Source: Microthrixaceae bacterium | GTDB lineage: Bacteria > Actinomycetota > Acidimicrobiia > Acidimicrobiales > Microtrichaceae | DNA: 64,000 nt | NCBI GenBank assembly: GCA_041394485.1 | Contig: JAWKIE010000024.1 | Location: forward strand, 1,305-65,304 | Direction of reading: 5' to 3' | Part shown: positions 10,104 to 21,762 of the stretch, in pieces | How positions within the stretch are numbered: the stretch's first letter is position 1 | Layout of the letters: each line of letters starts with the position of its first letter | Notes under the pieces: generated by a model | Database searches by the model: none | Seen by the model: only the letters and a program-made list of their open reading frames with translations | Told to the model about the DNA's origin: nothing | Program-made: the position numbers and the translations under genes

Positions 10104-11673
10104 ATGGGCACACGGACCACACTCTTTCGACGACCGACCACGTTGGTGGTCGCGATTGGCGTTCTGATTCTGGGGGCCATGGTGGCGGGCGTGGCCTTCA
10201 TCGACCCGACACCCTCGGCGCGAGCTGTGGAGCCGGGCGACTCGGTGAGTGACACCGGTGGCGGAACCACCGGCGGCTCCGACGGCTCGGTGGCCGACAC
10301 GACCGGCTCGACGGGGAGCACGGGTGGCACGACCGGCTCGACGGGGAGCACGGGTGGCACGACCGGCTCCACGGGTGGCACGACCGGCTCCACCGGGAGC
10401 ACCGGCAGCACGACCGGCTCGGTGGCCGATACCGGCACGACGGGCACAACCGGCACGACGGGCACAACCGGCACGACGGGCACGACGGGCACAACCGGCA
10501 CGACGGGCACCACCGGCACCACCGGCACCACCGGAACCACCGGAACCACCGGAACCACCGGCACGACCGGCACGACCGGCACGACCGGCACCACGGGCAC
10601 GACGGGCACCACCGGCACCACCGGCACTACGGGAACAACTGGCACGACCGGCACGACCGGCACGACCGGCACGACCGGCACGACCGGCACGACAGGAACC
10701 ACCGGCACGACAGGAACCACCGGCACGACAGGAACCACTGGCACCCGGGAACCACCGGCACGACCGGCACCACTGGCACCACCGGCACCACGGGAACCAC
10801 GGGTACGACGGGCACCACGGGTACGACGGGCACCACGGGTACGACGGGCACGACGGGCACGACGGGCACCACCGGCACCACGGGCACCACCGGCACGACG
10901 GGCACCACCGGAACGACGGACTCGGTGGCCGACACCTCCACCACGGGCGACACCACGGCACGACCGGCGACACCACCGGGACGACCGGCACCACCGGCAC
11001 CACCGGCGACACCACCGGGACGACCGGCACCACCGGAACCACCGGCGACACCACCGGGACGACCGGCACCACCGGCGACACCACCGGGACGACCGGCACC
11101 ACCGGAACCACCGGCGACACCACCGGGACGACCGGCACCACCGGCACCACCGACTCGGTGGCCGACACCAGCACCACCGGCGACACCAGCACCACGGGCG
11201 ACACCAGCACCACCGGCGACACCAGCACCACCGGCGACACCAGCACCACCGGCGACACCAGCACCACCGGCGACACCAGCACCACCGGCGACACCAGCAC
11301 CACCGGCGACACCACCGGAACGACCTCGAGCACCACGGGCGACACCGGAACGACCTCAGGCACGACCGGTGCCACAACCACCGGATCGACCACGGGGTCG
11401 ACCACCGGTTCCACGGGCGGCACCTCCGGTGGAACCACCGGTCGGGTTCAGGCGAGCACCTCCGGATCCACCACCGGCGCCAAGACCACCGGGGCCACGA
11501 GCGGCACGAGCCGGGTTGGCACCGTGGTCGCCGGAAAGGTGACCCCTCGGGGAACGGTCGGAACGTTGGCGGTCACCGGCGTGAACCTGGCGTTCCTCCT
11601 CACCCTGGCCGGAGCGTCGATCCTCGGCGGAGGGGCCCTCATCGCCTCGAAGCGCCGCCGCAACCAGGGCTGA
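10104..11673 (+). CDS. Secreted, sortase-anchored Thr/Gly-repeat (collagen-like GTT) protein, about 523 aa after repairing two 1-bp deletions (~10746 and ~10957)
   Basis: Signal peptide ending ARA; (GTT)n, TTGD and STTGDT repeats; C-terminal LAVTG + TM + KRRR. The repeats continue across three reading frames. Confidence 0.85.
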
Positions 11674-11707
11674 TTCCCGGCTCTCCGGGGCGCAGCTCCC
11701 AGTTTCG

Positions 11708-11745
11708 ACAAGGTCGAGGGTGCCCCCGGGCACCCTCGACTTTGT
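11708..11745 (+). terminator. Intrinsic terminator
   Basis: GTCGAGGGTGCCC / GGGCACCCTCGAC followed by TTTGT. Confidence 0.8.
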
Positions 11746-11836
11746 GTGCGATCAGCCCAACGGGCCCGCCGGCCTCACCGATGAGGTGCCGAAGTGCGGT
11801 GGGTGAGCAGGGACCGCATCATCGGCCACCACAGCG

Positions 11837-11910
11837 TGCCCCCGGCAGGACTCGAACCTGCAACCGTCAGATTAGAAGTCTGGTGCTCTATCCAGTTGAG
11901 CTACAGGGGC
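11837..11910 (-). tRNA. tRNA-Arg(TCT)
   Basis: Reverse complement GCCCCTGTAGCTCAACTGGATAGAGCACCAGACTTCTAATCTGACGGTTGCAGGTTCGAGTCCTGCCGGGGGCA. Confidence 0.96.
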
Positions 11911-11998
11911 CTCATGGAAGTGCGGCGGCGATGGTCCCATCGTCGCCGCACTCCATCAGTCTACGGGCTGACCCCACGAAGCCAGGAGATCGACGCCG

Positions 11999-14900
11999 CT
12001 ACCCCCGGCGTCGCTTGGCGCCCCGCCTGAGCCCAACGCCCAGGAGCATCATGCTGAAGGCGAGCACGAGATACGGCGCCAGGGTGGCCCCGGTGTTGGA
12101 CAGCCCGGTCGGCAGCCTGGCGGTGCCGGGTGTGTCGACCTGCGGCAACCGATCCGGAATCGTTGACGGATCGGCCGCTGCGGTTGACCCCGGCGGGTCG
12201 GTCCCGCCGGTGGCCGTCCGCTCCGCGTCCTCAGCCGGGTTGTCCGGGTCGGGGGTCTCGCCTGGATCGACCGGTGGCACGGCCTCGATCCCCGACACCC
12301 CGCTGGTGTCCCCATTGTCGGCGCTGTTGGATTCGACCCCGTTGGATTCGGCCGAGGCCACGTTCTCAACCGACTTCCCTGGGGCGCCGGACACCCGAAC
12401 CACGAGCCGCAACTCGGTGGACGCTCCAGCGGCGAGCTCACCCTCGAGCGCGCAGGTCACGATCGGTCCGGGGCCGTCACATGACCAACCCTCTCCGGTG
12501 AACTCCCGATACTCGAGACCCTCCGGCAGCTCGTCGGTCAGCACCACCTGCGCGGCGGACGACGGGCCGTTGTTGGTGAGCGACAACAGGTAGGTGGCGC
12601 TCGCCCCCTCGACCAGCGAGTCGCTCTCCAGGCGCTTGATCAGCACCAGGTCGACCGCGGCCTCGACCTCAACCGAGTCGGTGGAGGAGTTGTTGTCGCC
12701 GTCCGGGTCGCCCGTCGTCGCCGCCACCGTTGCGGTGTTGGTCGCCGTTCCCTCCGCCCCCGCCTGGGGGACGACGTCGACGGTCACCGGTGTGGCGTCG
12801 CCGAGAGCCAGGTCGTCGGCCAACACGCAGGTCACGTCCTGCGCCTCGACCGTGCAGTTCCAGCCCTCACCGGCGGCGCCGGTCACCTCGAAGCCCGAGG
12901 GAACCGTGTCGCTCACGGTGATCGGGCCCCGGGAGACCGAGGGACCGTTGTTGACCAGCTGCAGCGTCCAGGTTCCCGCCCGACCGACGACGAAGTTGCC
13001 GCTGTGCGTCTTGGTCAGGGACAGGTCCGCCGACGGGACCACCACGACCTCGTCGATGGCGCCATCGTTGTCCTCGACGGGGTCCGGCGTCGGGCTGGAC
13101 ACGGTCACCGTGTTGGTGACGCCCCCCTCGGCCTCCGTGCCTACGCCGACCGTGATGGGGAACGAGGTGCTCTCGTCGACGCCCAGGCCGTCGGTGCGAA
13201 CACAGGTCACCGTGCGACCGGTGGCCTCACAGGACCAGTCCTCGTTGCCGCCGGAGGCGAAAGTCAGCCCGGCAGGTAGCGTGTCGACCACGGTCAGCGG
13301 ACCCGGATCCTCGGTGGACCCGAGGTTGGTCACGTCGACGGTGAAGGTGCCGTCGACGCCGACGGTGAAGTCGCCCTCGTGGGTCTTGGTCACCGCCAGG
13401 TCGGCCAGCGGGCCGACGGTGACCTGGTCGTCGTCGGAATTGTTGCCGGCGTCGGTGTCCGTGATCCCCTCGGGGGCGTCCACCTTGGCGGTGTTGGTCA
13501 CCTCGGGATAGGCGGCAGGGCCGACGGTGACCGTCATGGTGATCGCCGGGAAGGAAGCGCCGGGCGCCACGGCGACCGACGAGGCGCAGGTCACGGTGCC
13601 GTCGGCTTCGGCGCACAACCATCCGTCCCCGACGGCGTCGATGTAGCCGATCCCGTCGGGCAGCGTGTCGGTGACCGTCGTGACGCCGGCCACCGTGGAC
13701 GGGCCGTTGTTGCCAACGGTCAACAGCCAGGTGCCCGGCGTGCCCACCCGGAAGTCGCCTGCATGGCGCTTGTCGACCACCAGGTCGGCCTTCGGCTTCG
13801 TCGTCGTCCTTCCATCGCTGGAGTCGTTGTCCGGGTTGGGGTCGATCGTGGGGCTCGACACCCGGGCCGCATTCACGATCTCGACCTCGGCGGCGACGTC
13901 ATGGGCGACGTCGAACTCGAGGGTCAGCGGTTTCAGGTCGCCGACGGGGTGCGGGCCGGAGGGCCGGTAGGTGCAGGTGACCTCCCGAAGGTCGGCGTCG
14001 TCGTCACACTCCCAGTCGTCGGTGGTCAGGTTGGCCGAGTAGGCAAGCTCGGTCGGATACGTGTCGACCACGGTGATCGGCCCGGGGTCGGCCGAGGGGC
14101 CGCCGTTGGTCACCTGCAGGTCGTAGCTGTCGGTCTCACCGGGGGTGAAGGGCCCGTTGGGCGACTTGGTGATCGACAGGTCTGCCGCCGGCAGCACGTC
14201 GGTTGGGTCCTCGTCGGTGTTGTTGTCGCCGATCGGGTCGACCGTGTCGCCCGGGGCCACAACACCGGTGTTGGTGACGCCGCCCTCGGCGGCCACCTCG
14301 ACCGAGACGTCCAGGGAGATCACCGGGAGTGCCACGTCGTCGGCGAAGATGCCCACGATCGTGCAGGTGACGTCCTGGCCGTCGAGGTCACAGGTCCAGT
14401 CGGTTCCGGCCGCCGTCGTCGGCACCAGCCCTTCGGGCAGCGTGTCGGTGACCGTGATCGGTTTGGCTTCGGTTCCCACCGCGGCGGACGGGCCCTTGTT
14501 GGACACCTGCAACGTGTAGGTGCCCGTCGATCCAACCACGAAGGCATCGGTTGCGTGCGCCTTGTCGAGGCTCAGGTCGGCGGCCGGGGTCACGTCGACT
14601 TCGGCGTTGTCGGTGTTGTTGTCCAGGAGGTGATCCGCCGTGGCCGAGTCGACCGTTGCGGTGTTGTTGAGCGTGGAGGTCGCATCGCCGTCGACGGTGG
14701 CGGTCACCACGATCTCGGGGAGCGACCCGTCGACGGCCAGCGGGCCGGCCTGCGTGCAGGTCACGGTCTGTCCGGCGACGTCGCAGGCCCAGCCGTCACC
14801 CGCCGCAGCGATGTCGGAGAGGCCCACCGGGACCTGGTCGACCACCCTGATCGGGCCCACGGCCGGTGCGGGGCCGTTGTTGAGCACGTCGAGCCGGAAG

Positions 14901-17900
14901 GTGGCCTGCTCGCCCGACAGGCGGGCGGCCTCGTCGACCACCTTGGTGAGGGCCAGATCGGCCTGCAGCTGGTAACCGACGTCGACGTCCAGGCGGTTCT
15001 GCCCGGCGCCGAGCGTGGCGGTGGCCGTCGAGGGCGACGCCACGCCGTCGAGGTCGCCGGTCGGCAGGTAGCCGGCCGGAACGTCGGTCAGCGTGACGCC
15101 GTAGGTGCCGGGCGGCAGGTTCTCAAACAGGTAGGCGCCGTCGTCGCCGGTCGGCATCGAGCCGATCACGACGTCGTCGTCGGAGTCGTCGCCGCCGAGC
15201 TTGCCGTCGGGGCCGGCCCAGGTGAGGGTCACCGTGACGTCCTTCAGGCCCGGCTCACCGCCGTCCTGGATGCCGTCGCCGTTGAGGTCGTCCCACACGA
15301 AGTCACCCAGCGTGCCGGTGCCCACCAGGCCGGCATCCCAGGTGTTGTCGGTTTCGCCGGAGGTCAGCGAGGTTGCGGGCGTCGTGCCGAGGCTGGGGTT
15401 GTTCCCGTCGGGCTCGGCATCGGAGTCGGTGGCCGGGGTTCCGGCGCCGGTCGGCGAGAAGACAAACCCCGACGGGGCGGTGAATCGCACCGAGTAGTCG
15501 CCCGGCACGAGCGAGCCGAAGCTGTAGGCGCCGGACGCACCGGTCTGCACGGCGGGTTGCCCGATGACCGGTTGTCCGTTCTGGAGCAACTCGACGGTGA
15601 TGCCGGCGGCGCCGGGTTCGTTGTCGTCCTGGATGCCGTCGCCGTCGAGGTCGTAGAACACGACGTCGCCGATGGCGGCGCCGGTGAACATGCCGGCATC
15701 GAGCGTGAGGTCGTCGACGTTGCTCACCAGCGTCACGGCCGCACGGCCGGTCTCCCGGTCCGGGTTGGAGTCGGCATCGCGATCGCCGCCGACGCCCACC
15801 GGGGAGACGGTCGAGCCGTCGGGCACGACGAACTCGACGACGTAGTCACCGGGCGGCAGGTCCTTGAACAGGTAGTCGCCGTCGTCGCCGGTTGGGCCGG
15901 TCCGAATCGGATCGGTGCCCCCCTCGACGTACAGGTTGACGATGATGCCCTTCAGGCCCGGCTCCCCGTCGTCCTGCACCCCGTCGCCGTTCAGGTCGTC
16001 CCACACGAAGTTGCCCAGGTCGACCAACCGGTAGAACCCGGCGTCCACCCTGACGTCCTGTTGTCCGGCGGCCAGGGTGATCACGGCCGTCCTGCCGGCG
16101 GCGCCGGCGTCCGAGTCCTTGGTGATGTCGCTCCCACGGAGCGATGCCGTCGGGGTGTAGGTGGCCGGGGTGGCGAAGCCCACCACGTAGCTGCCGGCGG
16201 CCAGCCGGTCGAAGCGGTACTCGCCGTCGTCACCGGTGGTGGTGGTGTCCAGCACGGTGGTGCCGTCGGAGGCGTACAACGTGACCGCCACGCCCTTGAT
16301 GCCGGGCTCGCCGCCATCCTGCACGCCGTTGCCGTTCAGGTCCTCCCAGACGAGGTCGCCCAGCGCCGCACCGGTGAGGGCGGGCTCGTCGGTGTCGACA
16401 TCGGTGTAGGGACCGTCGGCGTTGCGGTCGTTGCCATCGGCGTCGTCGCCGGTGACCGTCACCGAGTTGATCTGGTCGTCGTTGTCGCGGGCGTCGAGTC
16501 CGGGGGTGGCCCGGTAGGTCAGCACCAGCGACTTGCCGGGCGCCAGGTTGCCGAGGTCGGTCCAGGTGAGCACCGGCCCGTTCATCGACGGATTGGCCAC
16601 GACGGTGCCCGGGGTGCCGTCGACCGAGATCGTGGCCGAACCGGTCTCGTAGGTCCAGTGATCGGGCAGGGTGTCCACCAGATCGACGTCGAACGCATCG
16701 GCGACCGACGAGGTGTTCCTCGCCGTCACCGTCCACGTGAACGGCGAATCGATGGTGGCCCCGCCGGTGGAGGTCTTCGCCAAGGTCAGTTCGGGGAACC
16801 TCGGCGTCACGGTGACCGCATCGTCGACCGGGCCGTACGTGCGGTAGGTGCGCTCGTCCTCGGAGGCCGGGGTGCCGTCATGATCGCCGCGCTCGGCCGC
16901 GGCGACGCCGAAGTACGACGACAGGGTGGCGGTGTTCACCAGCGTCGCGTCGCCGGCGATGCCGGCGGAGTCGCCGATGGCGGCCTGATAGGTGAACCCG
17001 ACGCTGTCGCCGGGAGCGACCGGGCCGGGTACCGACCAGGTGATCGTCCGGGTGTCGGTGTCGTAGCCACCGCCTCCGGTGATCGAGTCGACGTCGACGT
17101 CGAGCCCGTCGGGCACCACGTCGGTGATCGTCAGGTCGTGCCCGGCGGAGACCGAGCTACCGGTGGCGTTGGTGGCGGTCACCGTGTAGGTCAGCGTCTC
17201 GTCGACGTCGGCGGTGCGTGCATCGGAATCGCCGCTCTGACCGCCGACGTCCTTGTCGATGTTCAGCTTCGGTTCGACCACCGACACCGTGTCGGTCGAG
17301 TTGGGCGTGTTGCGGTCGAACCCGCCCGGGGCCGGTGGCTCGGTCGGATCGGTCGTGATCTGGTCGTCGGCGTTCCAGTGCGCCGCCACCGAGTTGGTCA
17401 GTCGGTCACCGGCGGCGACCTTGGAGTCGTCGGCGTAGGCGTCGCCGACCACCACGGTGTAGCTCAGCGTGACCTTGCGATCGGCGGCTGCGGGAGCGAG
17501 GTCGTCGAAGAACCAGGCGATGCGGCTGTTGCCGGCCCCGGGGGTGTTCGCCCGGGGCCCGAGATCAATGACCGCCGCGCACATGCCGGCGTCGCCGGAA
17601 CAGCCGTCGAAGCTCTCGAAGGCCATGCCGTCGGGGAGGTCGTCGATGATGGTGCCGTCGAAGTAGGTGGTGTTGGCCGGCACGGTGAAGCTCACCGACG
17701 CCTGGGAGGACCCGCCGATCGTGGCGACCTTCGGGTCGAAGGTCTTGACGAGGGGTGGCAGCACGGCCTCGACGTCGCTGGAGGAGGTGGCCGAGTAGGT
17801 GCGCTCCGTGCCCTGCGGGTCGGCGGCGGGCACCGAGGTGGCGTCCACCTTGACCTGGTTGGTGTAGGTCGACCCCGCGATCACGCCGTTGTCGACGGTC

Positions 17901-20900
17901 ACCAGATAGGTGAGGTCCTGCGTCGCCCCGGGCGCCAGGCTCGGGAGGTTCCAGGTGATCGTCTGCGGAGGACCGGCCGCGTAGGTCCCCGAGTTGGAGA
18001 TGGCGCTCGGGGCAACGGAGGTCAGCCCAGCAGGGAGGGTGTCGGTGACGACGAGATCGTTGGCGGTGGACACCCGGGAGGCGGACGAGTTGGTGACCGA
18101 GACCGTGTACTCCACGGTGGAGCCGCCCTGCACGGATTCGGTGGCGTTGTTGGACTTGGTCACGGTGACGACCGGTTCCACGATCGACACCGACGTTCCG
18201 TTGGAGTCCACCGGACCCACGGAGTCACCGAGGGCGTCGTCGGTGAAGAACCGACCGCTGTTGGGGATCGACGAGGAGGAACGGGAATTGGTTCCGGTGT
18301 TGTCGACGGTGACGTCGAAGCTCACCGTGAAGTCCTTGGCCACGCTCGGGTCGGTGTTCTGGTAGGCGGGGGGCAACCCGAACGAAACGTTGGGCCCGGG
18401 GCTGTACGTGTAGCCGTTGGGGAGCGCCGCGGCGCCGTCGGACTCCTTCCACGTGGTTCCGTCCGGGAACGTCACCACGCCCGAGTCCTTCACATAGCTG
18501 TGGCGGCCGTTCAGCGTGTCGCCGATCGACGCCGAGTACACACTGGTCTCGGCCGGAACCGAACCGACCAGCGTGTAGCGCACGGTCTCGCCGATCGTGG
18601 CCTGAGCGGAGGTCTCGGCGGCGTTGGTGGCGTCGTTGCCGGCCTGCTGGGTGAGGGTGGTGACCGACTTGGTCAGGGTGGGGGCGACGACGCTGATGCT
18701 GGAGGTGTCGTCGACGCGCTCGGCATTGGGGGTGACCGTCGGGTCGATGTTGTGGTCCGGCAGATAGGTGACCCGGTCGCCGGTGTTGGTGTCGGTTTCG
18801 TAGCTCCTGACCCCGGCGGTGTTGGTCAGCCGGTCGCCGGCGGCGACCCCGGTCGCCGCTGCGTCCGGCAGGGTCACCGTGTAGGTCACCGTCGAGTCGC
18901 CGAGCGGGCCGATCGAGGGCACCACCCACTTGAGGACGTCGGGCCCGTCGGCGACGGTCGTGCAGGTCGCCGGCGGGACGCCGGCGGTCACATCGACGCA
19001 GCCCACCTCGGGCGGGAGGCTGTCCCACACCTCCACATCGAGGGCCGCCTTGTTGCCGGTGTTGGACACCTTCACCGAATAGTCGACCGTGTCGCCCTGA
19101 CGAAGCGCGGTGGTGGCGTCGTTGGTCTTGTCCAGCGCCATGATCGGCTCGGCGAACACGTAGGTGGAGGTGTCGCGTAGCGGGAAGGACTGGCCCCCGG
19201 TGTTGAGGCCGGTGAACTTCATCAGGTTGTCGACCAGGTCGAAGGCGTTCCCGGCGGTCGGGTCGTCCAGGACGATCGTGGAGAACGCCACGTCGAAGAT
19301 CCCGCCGGGCCGCACGTAGCAGTCCTCGTCGGCCGGGGCGCAGGTATCGCCGGCCGCATCCTCGCCCAGCCGCCACGTCAGGGTGTCGCCGGCCTGCACC
19401 GGCTCGTCGTCGACGATCGCCGCGGTGTTGGCCGGGAGAACCACCACCGAGTTCGGCTCGTAGCTGGTGTTGGGGGGCAGGAAGTCGGTGATCGTCGGGT
19501 TCCGGGTGTCGATGCCCTCGTTGAAGTCGACCCGCAGCCGCCAACACACCCGATCGCCGGCACCGATCGGTGGCGGATCGTCCCCGTCGGCCAGCCAGGT
19601 GCTGATGCCGGTGCAGGCGGCGGGAGCGGCCTCGTCGACCGGCGAGGCGACGAACTTGGCGATCTTGTCGTACGCCGCCGCCATGGAGGAGGCCGACGAG
19701 TCGAGGTCGGGCTCCCCGTCCGGCTCGTCGCCGTCGATCTTGGATCCGCCCTCGGTGCAGGCGGTGTCGCCGGTGACGCAGATGCGGAAGTCGTCGCCGG
19801 TGATGTCGACGGTGTTGTCGAAGTCGTCGCGCCCCACCACGGGGGTCTCGTCGGCGCCGTCCTGCTGGTAGTTCTCGCGCACCAGCGTGGGGACGGTGAT
19901 CGTGAGCGATCCCGAGCGATCGATGCGGCTCAGCTCGGGGGTCTCGGACCGGTCGAAGGTCAGCGTCCAGGAGCCGTCGGCGTTCTCCACGGGGGGTGCG
20001 GCCGAGCTGAAGGGCGTGCTGGGGTTCTGGGTGCCGGTGATCGCCGCGGCGTCGCACTCGTTGCGGCCGCCCGGCTCGCTCGTGTCGAAGTCGGTCCCCT
20101 CGGCCAAGGGGCACAGGCCGTCGGGCAGGGTGTCGGTGATCACGATGTCGTCGACGAAGCGGTACTCGGAGGTTTCGACGACCAGTTGCCACTCGATGAT
20201 GCTGCCCTGCGCCACCTCGTCTCCGGGTCCGGTCTTGTGGATGGAGAGGTCCTCGGCCGAGACGACGAACTCGTCGGACGCCGTGGACGTCTGAGGGCCA
20301 TCGCCAAAGACGGCGCCCTGATAGGTGCCCGTCGCCTCGGCGTGGTTGGTCAGTTCCTGCTCGTCGTAGGTCTCGCTTCCGGAGTTGTTGTCGAGGTTTG
20401 CGATCTGGGCGCCGTCGGTCGCCGGAACCGAGCCGGACTCAAACAGCGTGTTCTCGCGAATGGGAATGCCCGCCAGGTAGGTCAGCACCAAGCGGCCGTT
20501 GGGCCCGAGGTCCCCCAGGTTGTCCCACCGGACGTGGGTGTACACGCCGAACTCCAGCGGCCCGTCGACGTCCGGATCGATCTCCTCCGTCTCCACCAGA
20601 GCCGGCGCCAGGCACTCGCCGGGGTCGGCGAGGGTGTCGAGGGTGGCCGAGCCCGGGTATTCCGGGTCGGGCGTTGTCGAAGCGTTCGGGTTGGTCGGTG
20701 CGTCGGTGGTGTGGTCGACACCGCCGCAGCCGAGGAACTCCAGGCCGGCGGGCAGGTAGTCCTCCACACTGAAGCCGTGGGTGGCGTTCACCGTGTTGTT
20801 CGTGATCGTCAGCGTGTACGGCGTGGCGTGGTCGTGGACGCCTCGGAGCAGTTCACCTTCGCTGTTCTTCTCCTCCTTCTCGAGGATGAACGGAACGATC

Positions 20901-21487
20901 GTTGACGTCGCCGTGTCGGACGCGGTGCCGGTGTAGCTCGCCTCGCCCTCGATGGGCGTCCCGGTGGTGGCGTCGAAGTCGGGCACGTAGCGCGGGTTGC
21001 TGTTGACGAACGCCTGGGCGCTGTTGGTGTAGGTCTCCCCCACGCACAGGGTCGGCCCGGCACAGTTCACCCCGTCGTCCGACGAACCGGCGTGTGCCAC
21101 GCGATAGGTCATCGTCACCGTGTTCTGCGGCGCCAGGTCGGACACGTTCTCCCACAACAGCGTGCTCTCGCCGGGCGAGGGCTGGTCGGTGAGGATCGTC
21201 GGCTCCCCGGCGTCGGCCGGGCTCACCGAATCGGGCACGTAGCTGACCCCGGGCGGCAACACGTCCCGGAACGAGAGGTTGTACCCCCACGCGCCGGTGT
21301 CGTTCGAGGCGGCCAGGCTGACCGGGGAGGTGTCGCCATAGAGCACCTCAGCCTCGGCGGACTTGCTGAGGCCGATCTCTCCGGACTGAGCCCCGGCGGT
21401 GGAGCCGAGCGCGACCGGGACCGTCGTGGCCAACAGTGCCAACAGGGCCAGAACCCTGAACCGGGCACGGGGGAAGACGTGGAGCAT
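11999..21487 (-). CDS. Giant cell-surface adhesin (3162 aa): DUF11 / isopeptide-type Ig repeats, SdrD B-like repeats and a sorting signal
   Basis: Signal peptide. Repeated ADL.L.K...N.GP (DUF11-like) modules. Four GD.V(W/F).DL.G.G.QD..EPG (SdrD_B-like) modules. C-terminal LSNTG + TM + KRRR. Confidence 0.9.
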   Translation of the reverse strand: MLHVFPRARFRVLALLALLATTVPVALGSTAGAQSGEIGLSKSAEAEVLYGDTSPVSLAASNDTGAWGYNLSFRDVLPPGVSYVPDSVSPADAGEPTILTDQPSPGESTLLWENVSDLAPQNTVTMTYRVAHAGSSDDGVNCAGPTLCVGETYTNSAQAFVNSNPRYVPDFDATTGTPIEGEASYTGTASDTATSTIVPFILEKEEKNSEGELLRGVHDHATPYTLTITNNTVNATHGFSVEDYLPAGLEFLGCGGVDHTTDAPTNPNASTTPDPEYPGSATLDTLADPGECLAPALVETEEIDPDVDGPLEFGVYTHVRWDNLGDLGPNGRLVLTYLAGIPIRENTLFESGSVPATDGAQIANLDNNSGSETYDEQELTNHAEATGTYQGAVFGDGPQTSTASDEFVVSAEDLSIHKTGPGDEVAQGSIIEWQLVVETSEYRFVDDIVITDTLPDGLCPLAEGTDFDTSEPGGRNECDAAAITGTQNPSTPFSSAAPPVENADGSWTLTFDRSETPELSRIDRSGSLTITVPTLVRENYQQDGADETPVVGRDDFDNTVDITGDDFRICVTGDTACTEGGSKIDGDEPDGEPDLDSSASSMAAAYDKIAKFVASPVDEAAPAACTGISTWLADGDDPPPIGAGDRVCWRLRVDFNEGIDTRNPTITDFLPPNTSYEPNSVVVLPANTAAIVDDEPVQAGDTLTWRLGEDAAGDTCAPADEDCYVRPGGIFDVAFSTIVLDDPTAGNAFDLVDNLMKFTGLNTGGQSFPLRDTSTYVFAEPIMALDKTNDATTALRQGDTVDYSVKVSNTGNKAALDVEVWDSLPPEVGCVDVTAGVPPATCTTVADGPDVLKWVVPSIGPLGDSTVTYTVTLPDAAATGVAAGDRLTNTAGVRSYETDTNTGDRVTYLPDHNIDPTVTPNAERVDDTSSISVVAPTLTKSVTTLTQQAGNDATNAAETSAQATIGETVRYTLVGSVPAETSVYSASIGDTLNGRHSYVKDSGVVTFPDGTTWKESDGAAALPNGYTYSPGPNVSFGLPPAYQNTDPSVAKDFTVSFDVTVDNTGTNSRSSSSIPNSGRFFTDDALGDSVGPVDSNGTSVSIVEPVVTVTKSNNATESVQGGSTVEYTVSVTNSSASRVSTANDLVVTDTLPAGLTSVAPSAISNSGTYAAGPPQTITWNLPSLAPGATQDLTYLVTVDNGVIAGSTYTNQVKVDATSVPAADPQGTERTYSATSSSDVEAVLPPLVKTFDPKVATIGGSSQASVSFTVPANTTYFDGTIIDDLPDGMAFESFDGCSGDAGMCAAVIDLGPRANTPGAGNSRIAWFFDDLAPAAADRKVTLSYTVVVGDAYADDSKVAAGDRLTNSVAAHWNADDQITTDPTEPPAPGGFDRNTPNSTDTVSVVEPKLNIDKDVGGQSGDSDARTADVDETLTYTVTATNATGSSVSAGHDLTITDVVPDGLDVDVDSITGGGGYDTDTRTITWSVPGPVAPGDSVGFTYQAAIGDSAGIAGDATLVNTATLSSYFGVAAAERGDHDGTPASEDERTYRTYGPVDDAVTVTPRFPELTLAKTSTGGATIDSPFTWTVTARNTSSVADAFDVDLVDTLPDHWTYETGSATISVDGTPGTVVANPSMNGPVLTWTDLGNLAPGKSLVLTYRATPGLDARDNDDQINSVTVTGDDADGNDRNADGPYTDVDTDEPALTGAALGDLVWEDLNGNGVQDGGEPGIKGVAVTLYASDGTTVLDTTTTGDDGEYRFDRLAAGSYVVGFATPATYTPTASLRGSDITKDSDAGAAGRTAVITLAAGQQDVRVDAGFYRLVDLGNFVWDDLNGDGVQDDGEPGLKGIIVNLYVEGGTDPIRTGPTGDDGDYLFKDLPPGDYVVEFVVPDGSTVSPVGVGGDRDADSNPDRETGRAAVTLVSNVDDLTLDAGMFTGAAIGDVVFYDLDGDGIQDDNEPGAAGITVELLQNGQPVIGQPAVQTGASGAYSFGSLVPGDYSVRFTAPSGFVFSPTGAGTPATDSDAEPDGNNPSLGTTPATSLTSGETDNTWDAGLVGTGTLGDFVWDDLNGDGIQDGGEPGLKDVTVTLTWAGPDGKLGGDDSDDDVVIGSMPTGDDGAYLFENLPPGTYGVTLTDVPAGYLPTGDLDGVASPSTATATLGAGQNRLDVDVGYQLQADLALTKVVDEAARLSGEQATFRLDVLNNGPAPAVGPIRVVDQVPVGLSDIAAAGDGWACDVAGQTVTCTQAGPLAVDGSLPEIVVTATVDGDATSTLNNTATVDSATADHLLDNNTDNAEVDVTPAADLSLDKAHATDAFVVGSTGTYTLQVSNKGPSAAVGTEAKPITVTDTLPEGLVPTTAAGTDWTCDLDGQDVTCTIVGIFADDVALPVISLDVSVEVAAEGGVTNTGVVAPGDTVDPIGDNNTDEDPTDVLPAADLSITKSPNGPFTPGETDSYDLQVTNGGPSADPGPITVVDTYPTELAYSANLTTDDWECDDDADLREVTCTYRPSGPHPVGDLKPLTLEFDVAHDVAAEVEIVNAARVSSPTIDPNPDNDSSDGRTTTKPKADLVVDKRHAGDFRVGTPGTWLLTVGNNGPSTVAGVTTVTDTLPDGIGYIDAVGDGWLCAEADGTVTCASSVAVAPGASFPAITMTVTVGPAAYPEVTNTAKVDAPEGITDTDAGNNSDDDQVTVGPLADLAVTKTHEGDFTVGVDGTFTVDVTNLGSTEDPGPLTVVDTLPAGLTFASGGNEDWSCEATGRTVTCVRTDGLGVDESTSFPITVGVGTEAEGGVTNTVTVSSPTPDPVEDNDGAIDEVVVVPSADLSLTKTHSGNFVVGRAGTWTLQLVNNGPSVSRGPITVSDTVPSGFEVTGAAGEGWNCTVEAQDVTCVLADDLALGDATPVTVDVVPQAGAEGTATNTATVAATTGDPDGDNNSSTDSVEVEAAVDLVLIKRLESDSLVEGASATYLLSLTNNGPSSAAQVVLTDELPEGLEYREFTGEGWSCDGPGPIVTCALEGELAAGASTELRLVVRVSGAPGKSVENVASAESNGVESNSADNGDTSGVSGIEAVPPVDPGETPDPDNPAEDAERTATGGTDPPGSTAAADPSTIPDRLPQVDTPGTARLPTGLSNTGATLAPYLVLAFSMMLLGVGLRRGAKRRRG

Positions 21488-21762
21488 GGCGGGGACCCTC
21501 CGGGGGACGGGTGGTATCGAGCGGCCGATCGCCGCACTCGCTCCTATCGGCTCGTTGATGGGTTACATGACCCAAAAACCGAGCTGTCTTACGGTGCAGG
21601 CATCACCTCGGATCACGATATGCTCCGCCAAGTCGGCAGCCCTCGGCCGGAGTTGAATGGTCAATTCGGCCTATCCGAAACCGACCGATCCGATACCCTC
21701 CGCGGTGAGTCCACCACGCTCGCCACCAGTCCGACCGACCACTCAATGGAGTCCGAGAACCG

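Noticed and set aside
10082-11438. Minus-strand (VVP)n and (WCRR)n ORFs
   Set aside because: Antisense shadows of the GTT repeat. The plus strand carries the signal peptide and anchor.
13379-19180. 1933-aa plus-strand ORF and other long overlapping ORFs
   Set aside because: Stop-poor antisense frames typical of high-GC coding DNA; no recognisable motifs.
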